DNA of 64,000 nt from Takakia lepidozioides (GCA_030704615.1 CM060734.1:34162001-34226000), one strand, 5' to 3'. Counted from the stretch's first letter, positions 1 to 14,000 are shown. Program-made: numbers and translations. Notes: generated from the sequence alone by a model not told the origin.

Positions 1-1
1 C

Positions 2-751
2 TCATATGGGAACCCACAGAAGACAGTCCTTTTGGCCATCAGTGGCCTTGGCAAGAAACGCAGGAGGGCTGATATTCTAATTCGCAAAGTGTATAGGGAT
101 ATTGTCGCAGCTGATGTGAGGCAGCTGGAGACTGGAGACAAGAGAGACTACTTTGTTGAACCTGTCAATAAGACTGGTGAAGTCAGGGGAGTTGAACAAG
201 ATAACTGTGATGATATGTCTAATGTCCTTCTGAACAGGCAGGTAGTAGAATTTGGTGCAAAGCAGAAGGCCGAACAGACTGACTTAGCAGAGGATGGTGA
301 AGCCCAATTGCCTGAGAGGTGCGAGGGAACAGTTTGCAATGGACTTCAGAGTAGGGAGGTTGAAGGAGGAATTTTGAAATCTAGTCTTAAGGACAGGGGT
401 AAAGGACTTGAGATCAAAGAGAGCATTGAGCATAGGGGTCCCCTGGGGAATGGGTTCTGTGAGAAGGCACGTGGGGAAGGACATGAGACAGAAATGACTG
501 GTGATACCGAGGCAATGACATTACCCTTGAAACGAAGTGCAAATGCTGGTAATGGATTTGAAGCTGACACACTGAGTGGAATCAAACGGCTCAAGTCTGG
601 AAAAAAGTGTACGTGCGGCCATGTTGAGGAACTGCGATCTGTCAGTTCAGCACTTGCAGAAGCTCGACAGCAACTAAGGTTAAGAGACTCGGAAGTGCAG
701 TCGTTACAGAAGCTGGTAGCAGCCCTTACCCGCCAGCAAGGCCTTGCTTGA
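2..751 (+). CDS. 3' terminal coding exon of an unidentified host gene (low-complexity region plus C-terminal coiled coil); truncated by the window start
   Basis: The frame is open from position 2 (SYGNPQKTVLLAISGLGKKRRRADILIRKVYRDIV...) to TGA at 749-751. It ends in a heptad-like ELRSVSSALAEARQQLRLRDSEVQSLQKLVAAL. Family not recognised. Confidence 0.55.
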   Translation, partial: SYGNPQKTVLLAISGLGKKRRRADILIRKVYRDIVAADVRQLETGDKRDYFVEPVNKTGEVRGVEQDNCDDMSNVLLNRQVVEFGAKQKAEQTDLAEDGEAQLPERCEGTVCNGLQSREVEGGILKSSLKDRGKGLEIKESIEHRGPLGNGFCEKARGEGHETEMTGDTEAMTLPLKRSANAGNGFEADTLSGIKRLKSGKKCTCGHVEELRSVSSALAEARQQLRLRDSEVQSLQKLVAALTRQQGLA

Positions 752-1312
752 TTTTATCTTGGAGTGGATCCCATTTTGCCATTCCTTCAAGTTTCTTTAT
801 CTGAGGTACAAGGATTGGTCCTCATGTGTTCAAGGCAAGGACCAGGTCTAGAGGATCAAGTGTGCTAGTCAAGCATCACAGTGTGGGGGTGAGCACTTCC
901 ATCAGAATACGATGAGATATGCATGCCAATGGAGGAAAACTTCTTCCCCAATTTAAGGGCTCTATTGTGCTCACATTTCTCCTCTTCCCCCCTTCATGAA
1001 ATGTATGCTGCCAGGATGATATCTCAGATATTCCAGTATTTTTGTGGCTCATTTTCTGACCATCTCAGTTCTACCTTCATGATGGATTCACGGTGGAGTT
1101 TCAACTACAGCTTGGCACACATGGATTCGATGTTCAATTGGACAGGCTGCAGGGGGATCCCTGTATGAAGTGCAGGTCTACCATGGAATCCTTCAGCCAA
1201 CCCCCTCATAGTCCCTTCCGATATGCTGAACAAAGCATGTGTAGACACTATACTGTGACGAGTGCAGAAAGTGGCTTTGAGTAGGAGTCATCTTTCTTTC
1301 TTTCTTGCACTT

Positions 1313-1461
1313 GGGCAGGTAGCCCAGTGGTTGGGTGTTTGTGCCTTGCCTCTGCATAACCTGGGTGATCCTGGGTTCATTCCTTCAACATGTGCCTTCA
1401 ACTGTCCATTGGCCCTAGATGGGCTGTGTGTTGAGCAGTAGGCTCTGCAAATTCACTGGAC
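1313..1461 (+). mobile_element. Putative tRNA-derived SINE
   Basis: A-box-like TAGCCCAGTGG (~1320) and B-box-like GGGTTCATTCC (~1373). The 38-bp 3' part (1424-1461) recurs with one mismatch at 9684-9721. Confidence 0.4.
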
Positions 1462-1999
1462 TGATTCTTCCAGGAAGGATGCAGACGCGGTGGTCTGAAA
1501 CTACAGCAGGTAAAACAAAAATTCTTAATCACTTTTACAAAGGGCGAAGTTCTATGTCACCAATGGATGTGATAATGATAAACTCTTTTCTTTTATTTCT
1601 GGGATGATGGCTGAAATCAAGCAATATCAAGCTCACCAGTTTACTGGGTTTGCATTTTGTGCATGTCAGGTGTTGTCTTCTTTGGTTCAACCAAAGTTGG
1701 GTGGATATTTAATGTTTTTTCATTGTTTGGGACTTTAAATTTTTGAATAACTTCTGAACAGTTAGTTTCAATCTTAAACTATTTTCCATCAGTGTGCCAC
1801 CATGACTAAGATTACATCTGCGGAATGCGCAGGTCCTATTTTTGACTTGGAACAAGGACAGGGCCAAAAAATCAAGTTAATTGGCACTATAAACACATAA
1901 ATAACATGAAGAATTTGCTCAACTAGCAAAGGTTAGGTTAGATGATAGGTTTTCGATTGATTGGTTTTATATTTACATGAAGGGTCAAAAATTGAAAAC

Positions 2000-4900
2000 T
2001 GAAGGTATGATCTTATGATTTCTTCCATATTTTAGTATCATTGTTGTAACTCTTTCAAACTAAGCAGCTTCTCAACATATAAGTTAAGCTTCAAGATATT
2101 ATATTCTTTGCTTTGTGAGTTCCAATCATCTTTCATTTTGTTGTTTTTGCCCTCTCTCTCTTCTCTTTTAAACAATGAGAGGTCTCTGCCTCAAGAAACC
2201 ATACAGTTTGTAGAGTTTTTCGTTTCTTGGTACGAACTTGCTTAAGCTCGACTTGTAAAATTTTAGCTTTTTCGTCAAACATCTTCATGTTTTTTACATA
2301 TAGTTTTGCCTGATTTGTAGAGTCTTTAACTTCCGCTTGAGAATATTTGACGGAAGACTTGTTCTTCTCTGAGAATTTCCTTGTTGTCTTTAGAGCATCC
2401 AATATCAACAATTCAGTTATGATGATTGTGCTCATTTCAATGGCAAAATATAGAAGGTAACTAGAAAACAATGCGACGAGAAAAAAGAAAAGAAAACAGC
2501 TACAATGATCGTGAGCTTAAGTTGGACAAAACTTATCAGAAAAAGTCCCAAGTTTTTAATAGAAACAAGGAAAAAAAATGTCTATGAGGAAAACGGGCCA
2601 CCGTCGATGAAATAACATTCATCTATTGGTGAAATACATCTTATTAAATAAATAAAATCAATGCCAATAATAAGATGTATAAACTCAAAAATATTTTAAT
2701 CCTTTACGAAAGCTATAAAAGTATGAAATTATTTTATACCTAGTAGTAAGTGAATGTGTTTGGCTACATCTCCTGCATTTGAGAGTTAATGTGAGAACCA
2801 AAGAATATGATTGTAGAGAGGGCATGACCATCATAGAGAAAAATGGTCATCTTACAATTATATCTTGTTGAAGCTCTTCGTTTCTTCTCTTCAATGCAGG
2901 AACCCTTGCCTTCAATAGTCTACAAACTTTGTTTTGGTTGGTTAAATGAGCATATGTTGCTTTAAGTTGTTTCGCAATTCTGTCTAACCTCATCAGTTCT
3001 GATGCAAACACATCTCTTTCCGCCTTCGCCTCCTGTATCACCAAAAATGTTTATCAATACACAAACATTTGTGACGCAAATAACGTCTGAGTCCAAAGAA
3101 AGAAGTGTCACGATTCATGTTAATAGATTGATGGAAATTGCAATGCGTAATGAATTGTTTGGACTCTATGAAGTGAATGTATGGTTTGTCATGTCATCAT
3201 GAAGGAAAGCTCAAACCCTAAAAAATAGATTTCATATTTTTTAAAATAGTATTACAATATACAGGCATAATATATATTTTAAATATTAAGATATATGTAT
3301 TATCAACCATCAAATATTACAACCTTTGTTTACTTTCTCACCCTAGTGGCGCTCACACGTCGATCCCCATTGAGCTTGTCTATTTCTAGTGATTGTGATC
3401 CAATGGTCTTCTCCAACTCTTCAATCCGTGCTGTCAATCCTATATTTATATAGAAATATAATTATCAATATATTTATGATTAGTTCGACATTTGAGTAAT
3501 GGAGAAATAATAATAATGATAATGATTGATGAAATAATAATATAAGAGTAAATTATGGTGTCTCTTGACCCCCAAGGACTACTGCCTTCCAGCATGAAGG
3601 TGGACACCTTTGTGACACCAATTGGTGGATTGAACGCACAACCACTTCGGAGATGGTATGTGCCCATTATGACTGGGCTACAACTTGGTTTGTCAATTGA
3701 TGAAGTAATAGATGAAACTCTTTACAAAGCAAGTATAACTTGTGGTGTCAATTCACCCTGAAAGGCTACTACCGCGTGTTGGTGAGATAATATGCTATAT
3801 TATAGTATAATTGAGTGAGGTTATTGCTAAGTGGAATCGGTCGAATTTTCCGCCAAAATTTGAAATGACACATACCTGATATCTTTGTGGTTAGTCGAGT
3901 TCTACCTCCTGTTCGTGGACCATCACAACCCTCCCTTTCCTCCTTTTGTTCAATTTGAATTTCTAACTCTCTGCAATTTAGATATCATGTTTGAATTTTG
4001 TTACTAACTTCGGATTTTATAAAACCTATTTCCGTGTCCACATTTCAGTTGAGGGGCAGTGAGAGTGAAAGCCTTATATTTTAATTAAAAATAATAATAT
4101 ATGCTTAATTGCAAGATATTTATAGGACATAGGCATTAATTTTAAATCCAGCTCAATAGTGGAAACGTGTATTGTATGGTTTGAGTTAAATTATGAGAAG
4201 GATAAAGAAAATATAAAAAGTAAAAAATGACAAAATAAAAAATGGATGAGGTTAGAGTGTAAACTTTTCACATATACAACAAGAATGGGGAATCATTTGC
4301 GAGATGTCTGTATTACCTATTTTCTGCTAGGACGCAATCCAAGTGATATTTGTGAAGCCTTGCATGATAGGATTGATCCGAAAAAGCCGCCTTCAATATG
4401 CAAAGATCTTCCAGCATTCTTTCCTTGTCCAAACCCTTAGCCACCTCAATTTTCCGTAATTTGACTTCAGGATCTGGTGGCCTTGTATATGGTTTTGGGC
4501 CATAGCTTCTCGCCGAATTCATTCTTGGTGTGGGAGGTATTTTGGATGATGCAAACATATGGCGAATAATAAATATACACTTATTATGGCCCTTTGAGGC
4601 AAGTCATATAATTATTAGGAGAAAAAATTACTCTAAGAGATTACATTCATTAATTTGTACAACTTGATAGAAATGCCCGTGTAGGATGGTTGCCATAATA
4701 CAAGATATGGATAATTAAAAATAATTTTATTAGGGATTAACATAGCGGGAGATGATCTCAACAAATCCCATCAATTGAGAGATTATTAGAAGTTGCAAAT
4801 ATTTAAAAATATGTGTATGAATCTTCTTTGGTTCCGAAGATGTTAGAGTACTTTTATGACATAAGGTTCAGATTACTCTCTTTCGACCGAGTACCCGACT

Positions 4901-5400
4901 GAGTACCAGAACAACGAAACTAGCTTAGATGGTTTGAATGTTGCATGTTTTATGTTGCGACGACATAGGAGTTTCATGGACTCTTTTGTAAAAAACCTCA
5001 GCTCATTGACGACCTTCCCATTAATCCAACCACATTTGTGTGGAACTGTTGACTCCTGATTACGGTGTCACTTCATGCCCAAGGGCTACTGCCTTCCGGT
5101 TGGAATGTGGACACACTTGTATGGAAGATTTGAGTTATATGATTCATGAGGTAATAAACATGGGGGGCACAAAATAGTGAACAGCAACCCTCAAAACAAT
5201 TGTGGTGTCTCTTCCCTCTTTCAGGGGGCAGACACCTTCTCATTATTTGGAACAATGCAATGTCAAGTATCCGTTTATCGGATGATACATGATACCTAAA
5301 TGGATGATATCCTGCACCAAATAGCTCTTGTGTTATTTGCATAGAAAGAAAGGAATGCAAATAAAGTTACATCTTTATTTCAAAATTAAAACCAAAAAAC
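2000..5400. other. AT-rich, degenerate, probably transposon-derived region
   Basis: Short broken ORFs only. A diverged internal duplication is present (CCCAAGGACTACTGCCTTCC.. at ~3570 vs CCCAAGGGCTACTGCCTTCC.. at ~5078). No domain recognised. Confidence 0.25.
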
Positions 5401-6023
5401 CAGTTTGTCTTGTATCTTTTTTTCTTTAAAAAAAAAAAGAACAGGGGTATGCATCTTTTGAAATCTCAGTAGAACAGTTGTAATAGCCCATTGTATCTTT
5501 TCGTTTATTTTACCAATTTCATATGCAATTATTGTTTACACTTTACACCCTTTTATTTGAGTGAATCACCAGTGACAAATGCCATGAAATTGGTAATAAT
5601 GAAACAGAGGTTTGTGTTCATCTCATTGAGAACTCGTTCCCAGATTCATATTACACAGATTTGACGTTCTCCATGCTGCTGAACCCTAAAACCCACATCC
5701 TTCACTGCTCCCTTCTTCTCCATCTGTCTGAAGTTTGAACCGTTTCCATCATTTGTATCCTATTGAGATCTGTCTGTCAGTGTCTCGTTTTGTAGCTACT
5801 GTAGTAGGTATTCCAGTTAACCCAATTGGCAAGTTTGCTTTCCCGTTATGCTGCACGACAGATTGATTGACTGCAAGCTATACCCTCCCAGTTTGTAGGA
5901 TGTGGAGAGTATTGGGTTGGGTGGGAATGCGAGTATTCGCGTATTGAATTGCATTGAAATTTGAGCTAGGGCGTACAATTGAGAGAGGTGTTTTTCTTCG
6001 CCCCTTGAGTCAGTTCTTCAGCT

Positions 6024-8787
6024 ATGGACGAGAAGCTTGTGTTTGAGGAGGAGTTGGCATCTTTGAAGGAGGGAGATCGAAGTGTCAGCCCTCGGAAGCT
6101 TCGGATCTTCGACGATAAGATGAGAAATCTCTGTTGGGCAAAAGCCGATGTGGTGCCTGGAAGGCATCCGGAGCGATGGAGGAAGGACATTGCTGGGAAT
6201 ATAGTGTGCCGGAGATTAACACGCTGCGAGGGCTGTCTTTGCTATGAGTATGATCACATCCGGCCATTTTCGAAAGGTGTCTCTCTCATGTCCTCTAGTC
6301 GTTTGTGACAATATGCCAGAGAGAGGGAGGAGAGATTTCAAACTAAAGGGCAGTCTCTGTGTTTGTGCAGGTGGAGAGACAGATGCGAAGAACTGTCAGA
6401 TATTGCAGTCGCGGGTGAACCGCCAGAAGAGCAATAAAAGTGATTTGGGCGGCCACGATCTACGGAATTATTCTTGCAACCTCCAGTTCACAGGTCTCTG
6501 TCTCTGTCTCTCTGTTCAGCCCAAACCTCTGTTCACCAACTTCAAAATCTTGAGGCTGAGCCTAAAGCCCTGATCCTGTTGGGGTCTAACTTTTGGGCTG
6601 CTCACACACAGCAGATTGATGCTTGTGTGAAAGGCTTTCTGGAGGATATCTGGAAAGCCCGAACTAATTCCTTAATCACACTACCGGAGTGAGCCCGTCA
6701 CAAAGGTAGTTTGTGGTCCCTTTCGTTCCGCCCAAACTGGGCGCGGGGGCTGTGGCCACAAGGCTACGGCAAACAACATCTGATGAATACAATCTCCCTA
6801 TTTGCTCTCTCTCTCATACCTTAGAAAGCAACACATACATGTCATGCCTTTTTATAAAATGGAGATCTGATAGTTATATGCCAAAGTGGAGTTAGGCATG
6901 TTCTCTGTTTACCAACTTTGAAAATCTCGAGGCTGAGCCAAAAGCCAAGGCCCTTTTGGGGCCTAGTTATTGGGCAAATCACACACAGCAGATTGATGCT
7001 TGTGTAAAGGGACTTCTAGAGGATATCTGGAAAACTCGGATCAATTGTCTGTTCCAAGCTAGGTCATACTGGCATCTGCCCCTGACAAAGGTAGTTTCTG
7101 TCCCTTTGTGTTCCGCTCAAACTGGGCGCGGGGTCAATGGCCATAAGGCTACGGCAAAGAACGTCTTTGAGTACATTCTCTCTAAGCCCAGGCCCTTTTG
7201 GGGTCTAGTTTTGGGCAAATCGCACACAGCAGATTGATGTTTGTGTGAAGGGATTTCTAGAGGATATCTGGAAAACTCGGATCAATTGCATGCTTCAGAC
7301 TACCAGCGTCTGCCCCTGACAAAGGGAGTTTCTGTCCCTTCGTGTTCTGCTCAAACTGGGCACGGGGTCAACGGCCATAAGGCTACAGCAAACAATGTCT
7401 TATAAGTACATTCTCTCTCTCTCAACTGAAATTTAAACTCTGGGCGGGGAGCCTACATCTGAACAAACAGATGCAGAGAGGAAAGAGAGATGGTCAAAGC
7501 TCAGTGTGCGGGCGGCCTGAAGACAATATCCATTTTCTGATACAATGTCTGGCAAATCCTCTTCGGAGAGCAAGAACATAGTCCCTGCACCTCTATTCAT
7601 TGGGTTGCTTTTGCTCTGGACGTTGCACATGCTGCATCTAACAGTTGGGTGCCTCGCAAGGCTGCTATTTTGTGTGCCTTGACAGAGAGAGAGAGAGAGA
7701 CTAATGCGAAAAGAGAGGGAGTAACAACAAGTGAGCACATTAGACTTCTTTGCCCAGACTTATGGCCGATAGACAGTCTGCCACATTTGGACAGCACCAG
7801 AGAAAGAGGGACAAGGAGAGCACTTCTGTTATTATTGCAAAGGGGGGAATTCTGGTTGTGAATGATATGAGTTTTCGGCTGCCTTGAGTTCTGAATCAGC
7901 TAGTTGATAAGAATTTCACCATAACTGCAGACCTAAGAAGGGCCACAGCACTAGGCAATACCTGGAGGAGAATGTGATGAAAGTATTTGAGAAAGAATTT
8001 TTTCAGCACATGAGACAAGGATACCTAATGAAAAAAGTGTGTTCCAGCATCTGTATCATTTCATCAGTGCATGGGTTCCCATTTCCCTACAGGGTAAGAT
8101 TACTCTGTGGATGTCAGGATCCAGCTCTGACTTGAAAGTTAGCTGATAGTTAAAAGACAAGATGTATATATGAGTGCAATGCTTTTAGCAGGACGTAGAT
8201 GCCGGAACTGAATGTCGTAGATTTTGAGGGATGTAACTATGTTTGACAATCTGAGTAAGAAATGGCCACAGCTCTCTCATGGCCAAACAATGTCTAGTTT
8301 TGTGAATTGACTGCGAATGTCATATTGAGTGGCGTGTGGAAATAACCAAGAACCCGAGGCTTTCTAAGAAATCACACTGGAAAGTGTGCCAGCATGTGCA
8401 AATATGTTTACTTGTATACAATGTACTCATAAGCTGTTTTTTATTTACTTGTGTTTACAAATATGTTTACTTGTATAGAGAGATGGAGAAAGAAGAAACT
8501 TCATGACATTGCCAGAGGGCCAATGAACCAAAGTAGAAGACTAAGAAATTCATGGCCAGGTGGTTGGAGAGAGAAAGAGAGCCGTGTTCACAGAAAGTTC
8601 TGAATTTCTACTTTTGATGGTGGCAGAGAAGGAGCTGGATGTGATAGAGATGGCTGTATATGGAAATGTGGTCCGACCAGGCCTCCAATGCAGATGCAAG
8701 AGTGTGGCAGAGACTCTTGGAACTGCCTTGTATAAGTCCAAAGGCCCTGAAATGTCCTGCGAGCTTCCCTACAAGGAGGCATCCTGA
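6024..8787 (+). CDS. Plant HNH endonuclease family protein, 3 exons (6024-6276, 6371-6493, 8627-8787; 178 aa)
   Basis: GT-AG introns join in frame (253+123+161=537 nt). The peptide CWAKADVVPGRHPERWRKDIAGNIVC...CLCYEYDHIRPFSKG|GETDAKNCQILQSRVNRQKS...|EKELDVIEMAVYGNVVRPGLQCRC matches the conserved plant HNH family (HNH motif DH..P.SKGG...N...L...N). Confidence 0.9.
6520..7420 (+). repeat. Three diverged ~240-270 bp direct repeats in HNH intron 2
   Basis: The block CACACAGCAGATTGATGCTTGTGT..GAGGATATCTGGAAA..CAAACTGGGCGCGGGG..AAGGCTACGGCAAA occurs at ~6605, ~6982 and ~7223. Confidence 0.75.
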
Positions 8788-9275
8788 CCTCGATCTCTGG
8801 TGCTGCACTCACCAAGTGAAAGGGGTTGAGAGTACAGTGCTGTTCTTCAGCTGTCCCATGCCCTCAGAGAATTTCAGGGTTGATATTTTAGATGAGAACC
8901 TTTGAACTGGCTCCATTAAGGGGTCTGCCAAGATGATCCTGTTTAGATCAACTATACCCTCTCTTGGGTCTCCTGGCTGTTTCCTTCCCACCTGGAGGGC
9001 AGCCCTCCCATAACCTCCCCTAACAAATCACAGTAAGCATTCTAGTGGGCAAGTTAAAGCCTGCCATCTGTTCAAGCATGGTGTCGATGTTTTAAAACCA
9101 TCAGATGCCAATAGAAGGCTTCAAATGAAGCTCTTCCATGTCATTCTGTACATGGTATGAGTGAGGTGTACCCTACTGCAAAAATGGGGCCATTTGCAAG
9201 AAATGGGGTCAATTGGCCTCTTGACATTCCTGTTTTTCTTTTCTTTGTTGAGAAAAGGGAGCAGGTCCTGAAACG

Positions 9276-9543
9276 CTTTGAGATACACCATTGAGAAATT
9301 AACCATTGACTAAAAAGTCTAGCCAGCGAAGGCAAGCTTATAAAAAGGACATTCCTCACTCACTCCTAAATACAGCTTGGCAGAATTACTCAAGACACAA
9401 GCTAGTTTCTTTGAGATACACCATCGAGAAATTAGCCATTGACTAAAAAGTCTAGCCAGCGTAGGCAAGCTTATAAAAAGGACATTCCTCACTCACTCCT
9501 ACATGCAGCTTGGCAGAATTACTCAAGACACAAGCTAGTTTCT
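9276..9543 (+). repeat. ~133-bp tandem duplication downstream of the HNH gene
   Basis: TTTGAGATACACCAT..GACTAAAAAGTCTAGCCAGCG..CAAGACACAAGCTAGTTTCT occurs twice head-to-tail. Confidence 0.8.
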
Positions 9544-11056
9544 TCTATGCTCCCAGCAATCTGTGCTTGTATGAGAGGATCTGCCATTCTGTCAAGGGTT
9601 TTGCCTCTTGGTCGACAAATGCATTCAATCACTGCCAGAGTAACTACTTGATTTAAACTCCATGAAGTTAGTTTCTCTCTAGCCTGTGTGTTGAGCAGTA
9701 GGCTCTGTAAATTCACTGGACGTTAAGGAAACTTTATCTTTATCTTTATCTCATCCAGATGACGTAATTACTGCTGGTTCAAACTTCATCCGGCCCAGGT
9801 TTCACCAGCCTGGAGTATGTGTTGGAAGTCCAATGTGCCCTACGACTTCAATATTAAATCTGCTAGATGGGACAGCCATCAGGATTTTCCTTAAAAGGCG
9901 AGGTTATTTCTCCTCTCATAATAACTAAGGGACCTGATTTGTGAGCCTATGGTCGCTCCTGGGCCCTGTTTGATTGAGATGTCAATCTTTATTTTTTGCT
10001 TATGAGTATTGCATCCTCAAGCTTCTTGCAGGGCCCACCATTGTGATACACTCGCAGTTGCGAATAATGTGTGAAACGTCTCTTTCCATTGCATGTCTGT
10101 GGAAGACGACCTTTTCAGGAGTTGCGACATGAATGCATACATGTCAACGGTGCCATTGTCACCATGGGAAACTAAAGCTGCAACAAAGTGTCTGAGGCAC
10201 TTAAAGTTCATGTATGTAGCAACAGTCTATGGGAAACAACTCAGGGCCCTACTACTTTGTCGTCGATCGCACAAAGATCACTCCCATACTGAATCACTCG
10301 AGAGCGTAAATTTGGTCCCAGCAGGACGCAGTCCAAGCCAGGAACCTGATTCCGGGTCCAAACTCCAACACTTGGTGTGCAGGTCTATGTTGTGGCCCCG
10401 CACCGATACACATGCATCCAACCCACACAGCACAACAACCTCAAGAAGGTCTACTCCTCACAACAAACCCCACCTGCCTGACCTCTCTTATGCATCGTTG
10501 ACATCCACTGATCTGCTGGCCAGCACTCACCCCCTCCCTCTTCTCCCTCTTGTTAGGTACAAGTGTCCCTGTGCAGGATTTTGCTATCCCCGCTCTACCT
10601 CACCAACCCACCTCTGTGTAGGATGTAGGGCCCATTGGGACTAGGATCCAAACCACCCAATAGCTCTATATAACCAATCATAATCGTTCCGAAAATAAAA
10701 ATCAGCCAGTCTATATCATCTTGTATGATGAATGAGGGTGTGTGTTTTTTTTCATGCCGCTGCAATAATCAATCCTAGGCTGCTTCAAAACAGAGAGGAA
10801 GAATAACCTCTATCAAAGCCAAGCAACTGGACACTCGCCTAACTTGTAAGGGCTTTGAGCCCAGCATCACGTGGTTGGCAGTGGGTGCTGTACGCTAGGA
10901 TATTTCCGGCCGGCAGTCTTCACGTAGAGCCACTGTAAGCTACGACTGGGACTCGCCAGTCATATCCATAACAAGTCCAGTCATTAACGATAAATTTATT
11001 CTTTTCATCCATGAGGGTTCAGTTACTACTTCACTGCAGTGTTGGGCGGTTCTTAG

Positions 11057-14000
11057 TTTTTTTTTTTTTTTTAAATAAATTAAACAAAGGGGACGGAGGC
11101 CCTTTTAATCAAATTAAACTAGGGTAGCATGTGCCGTTGGCCCAAGTGTCCAGGGTTATGTAAGCCCAAGTGCAATCTCCTATGCATTCATGTGCGTCTC
11201 TCATGTCTAGGCCCAAGTATGACCTCCAGGGTAGTCTGTGTCCAAGTAGGAATCCGATTGCAAAAACTTGTGTTGTACAAATTTTGTTATAAATGAAATG
11301 GTTTCCAAATGTTGTACTTCCTATTTTGTTTGGAATAGCGATGCATGGTATGGTTGGCTATTGTGTAGAATGCATGTTAGCTTACAAAAGTGGGAGAGGT
11401 AAATTGGATTAATCGTATGTTTGCGCAGTGCCAAAATCGGGTGACTCCCATCCAAGGGGCAATGAAACTTGCACCTTCTTTGGGAGATCACGTGCTAGTG
11501 CGCACCTGACACGTGCGTGTACTATAACTGCGCTACTGAGGGGGTTGCCTTGTAGTGCGGGCTAACGCGGAAGTTACGTGCTTCCGTTCACGTACTATAA
11601 TCGTGTAACCTCGGGACGAAATCATAGTGCGGCTTCGGCGTGTTCCCGTACCTCAGGCCAGCATTCCAAGGCGGACCCAATTGTAGTGATTGGGGTGCAC
11701 GATTGGTTCAAGGTTATCTTCCTAGTAAAAAAGGGTTCAAGGTGAACCCTTGCTCAAGGTGATGCCAAAAGCGGCATCATGAGCGGTCGTAAGCAATGTT
11801 GTTGCAGTAAAGAATCGGGGAGGATCGTTCCTTGGCCTTGAAGTGGGCCAAAAAGAGTGCACTGGGTGGAGCTTGAGAGAGGGTAGCATGTGCCGTTTGC
11901 CCAAGTGTCCAATGTCTACCTAAGTCATCCAAGTCTAATCATTTTTTTTTTCCATCTACGACCTGATTTGAACCGGAGACCTTTCCCTTGATATCTCTCT
12001 TGTCGAGGCTCTGATCATTGTGCCAGGAAAGCGCCTCGTAGGTACTCTTATGTATCTTTGGGAGAGAAGACCTCTTTCTGCCTCTTTGCATTGATCTTTT
12101 TGGCTTTTGTTCTTAACCTTCTATGGTGGACAACGATTCATTAGGGTATTTCTCTCTTGTTCCTTGTGGCCTTCTGTTGTGACACTGGAGCAATTATATG
12201 ACGAGCAGGCTACTTTAAGATATCTGGTACCAAGCAGCAAAGTGGGGAAGCTCTGGTTTTTGACCAAACAGTGTCATTTATTAGCCTGGATTCTGTTACA
12301 AGCAGGCTATTTTCCTGTTTTTTCAAATTTCCAGCGACCCAAAGTACTTGAAATTCGACATCTCCCACACCGCAGGTCCAAAAATCATGAGACCAAGCCC
12401 GTGCACCCCTCCTCATCGAGGGCTTTCCAACGGTACCAAGCACCAGGGTTGTGACGGCTTTCCAACGGTACCAAGCACTTAGGGTGGGCCCCCGCAGTTT
12501 GGGACATCTCAAATCTACAAAACAAAACAAAACAACGTCTCGCTAGGGTAGCTTGTGCCGTTGGCCCAAGTGCCCAGTGTCATCTAAGCCGAGTGCTATC
12601 TCCTATGTATCCAAGCATTTCCTATGTCGAGGCCCAAGTGCGACCTCTAGGGTAGCCTGTGTCGTTGGCCCATGTGTGAAGAATATTTGAAATCTAAGAC
12701 CAAATGTAATTTCTTATGTATCCCAGTGTGTCTCCTATGTCGAGGCCCATCTAAGCCCAAGTGCAGTCTTCTATGTATCCTTCCATGTAGAGGCCCAAGT
12801 GTCCACTGTCATCTATGCCCAAATGCAATCTCCTATGTATCTAAGTGTGTCTCCTATGTATCCAAGAGCATCTCTCATGTGCGTCTCCCATGTCGAGGCC
12901 CATCTAAGCCTAGTATGTAATCTCCTATGTATCCAAGTACGTCTTCCATGTCAAGGCCCGATTAAATTTTTTCCATGAATTTATTGAGTAATAATATATC
13001 TAATCATTATTGATATAGGGTAGCCTGTGCCTTTGGCCCAAGTGTCCAACTTGTCATCTAAGTCCAAGTGCAATCCTTATGTATCCAAGTACGTCTCCTA
13101 TATGGAGGCCCAAGTGCGACTTCTAGGGTAGCCTGTGCCTTTGGCCCAAGTGTCCAATGTTATCTAAGTCCAAGTGCATCAATATATGAAGCAAGCCATA
13201 TCTAATCATTTTTTCCCACAGAGCCTACGACCAGATTTGAACCGGAGACCTTTTCCTTGATATCTCTCCCGTTGAGGCTCCAACCATTGTCCCAGGAATG
13301 CCCACTTTGTCATTTTTGCTATTTTTTGTGAATTTCCAGCGACCAAAAGCACTTGGAATTCGACATCTCCCACGGCGCAGGTCCAAAAATTGTGAGACCA
13401 AGCCCGTGCACCCCTCCTCATCGAGGGCTTTCCAACAGTACCAAGCACCAGGGTTGGGGCCTTGCGGTTCGGGACATCTCAACGTGACAAAACAAAACAA
13501 AACAAACGTCTTGCTTCATAGATTCATAAGGAAAGATTAAAAATATGTGGAAAAAATAACCACCTGGGGCCGTAAGTACCTACTGATGGGGAACGAAGCT
13601 AAGCAAGCTAAAGAGAGAACAAGTGTGGAGGAGAACTAATGAAGTGTGTCCATTAGAAGACCTCCCTAAGACAGCTTGGAGAGATTGAAGGTAGATCCAG
13701 CACTGAAGGAGACGAAGCAGTGCGGGAGAGACATAGCACCTACTATAGTAGTCTTACTATAGTGTAATTGCACTAAGCGGAGGGAACCAAAATCTGCAGT
13801 GCATTTAGAACTGCATGCAGGTGAAATGAGGAAGAGTAGAAAATTGACATTTAGCTAAACTGGAGCTTGGCCTTGAAAGTTGCGTCTTTGGAGCGCAAGT
13901 GCCGCCAGTTGCGGTCTCCCTCTTCACCCCCAGTAGGGGTCTTGCCAATGGTCGGGGACGGAGTCCTTCCATTGAACGTTATTGGAAGTACGGGTGCAGA

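Noticed and set aside
6024-8787. HNH nuclease as a functional partner of the methyltransferase (R-M-like pair)
   Set aside because: It is an ordinary spliced, conserved plant gene outside the element's TSD; proximity is the only link.
11957-12030. Functional tRNA genes here and at 13222-13298
   Set aside because: Only A/B-box-like motifs are present; I could not build a convincing cloverleaf or anticodon arm.
11119-13200. CRISPR-like array (recurrent ~30-bp TAGGGTAGC..GGCCCAAGTG motif)
   Set aside because: Spacing is irregular, the intervening sequences are themselves repetitive, and there are no cas genes. It is explained as Helitron 3' ends.
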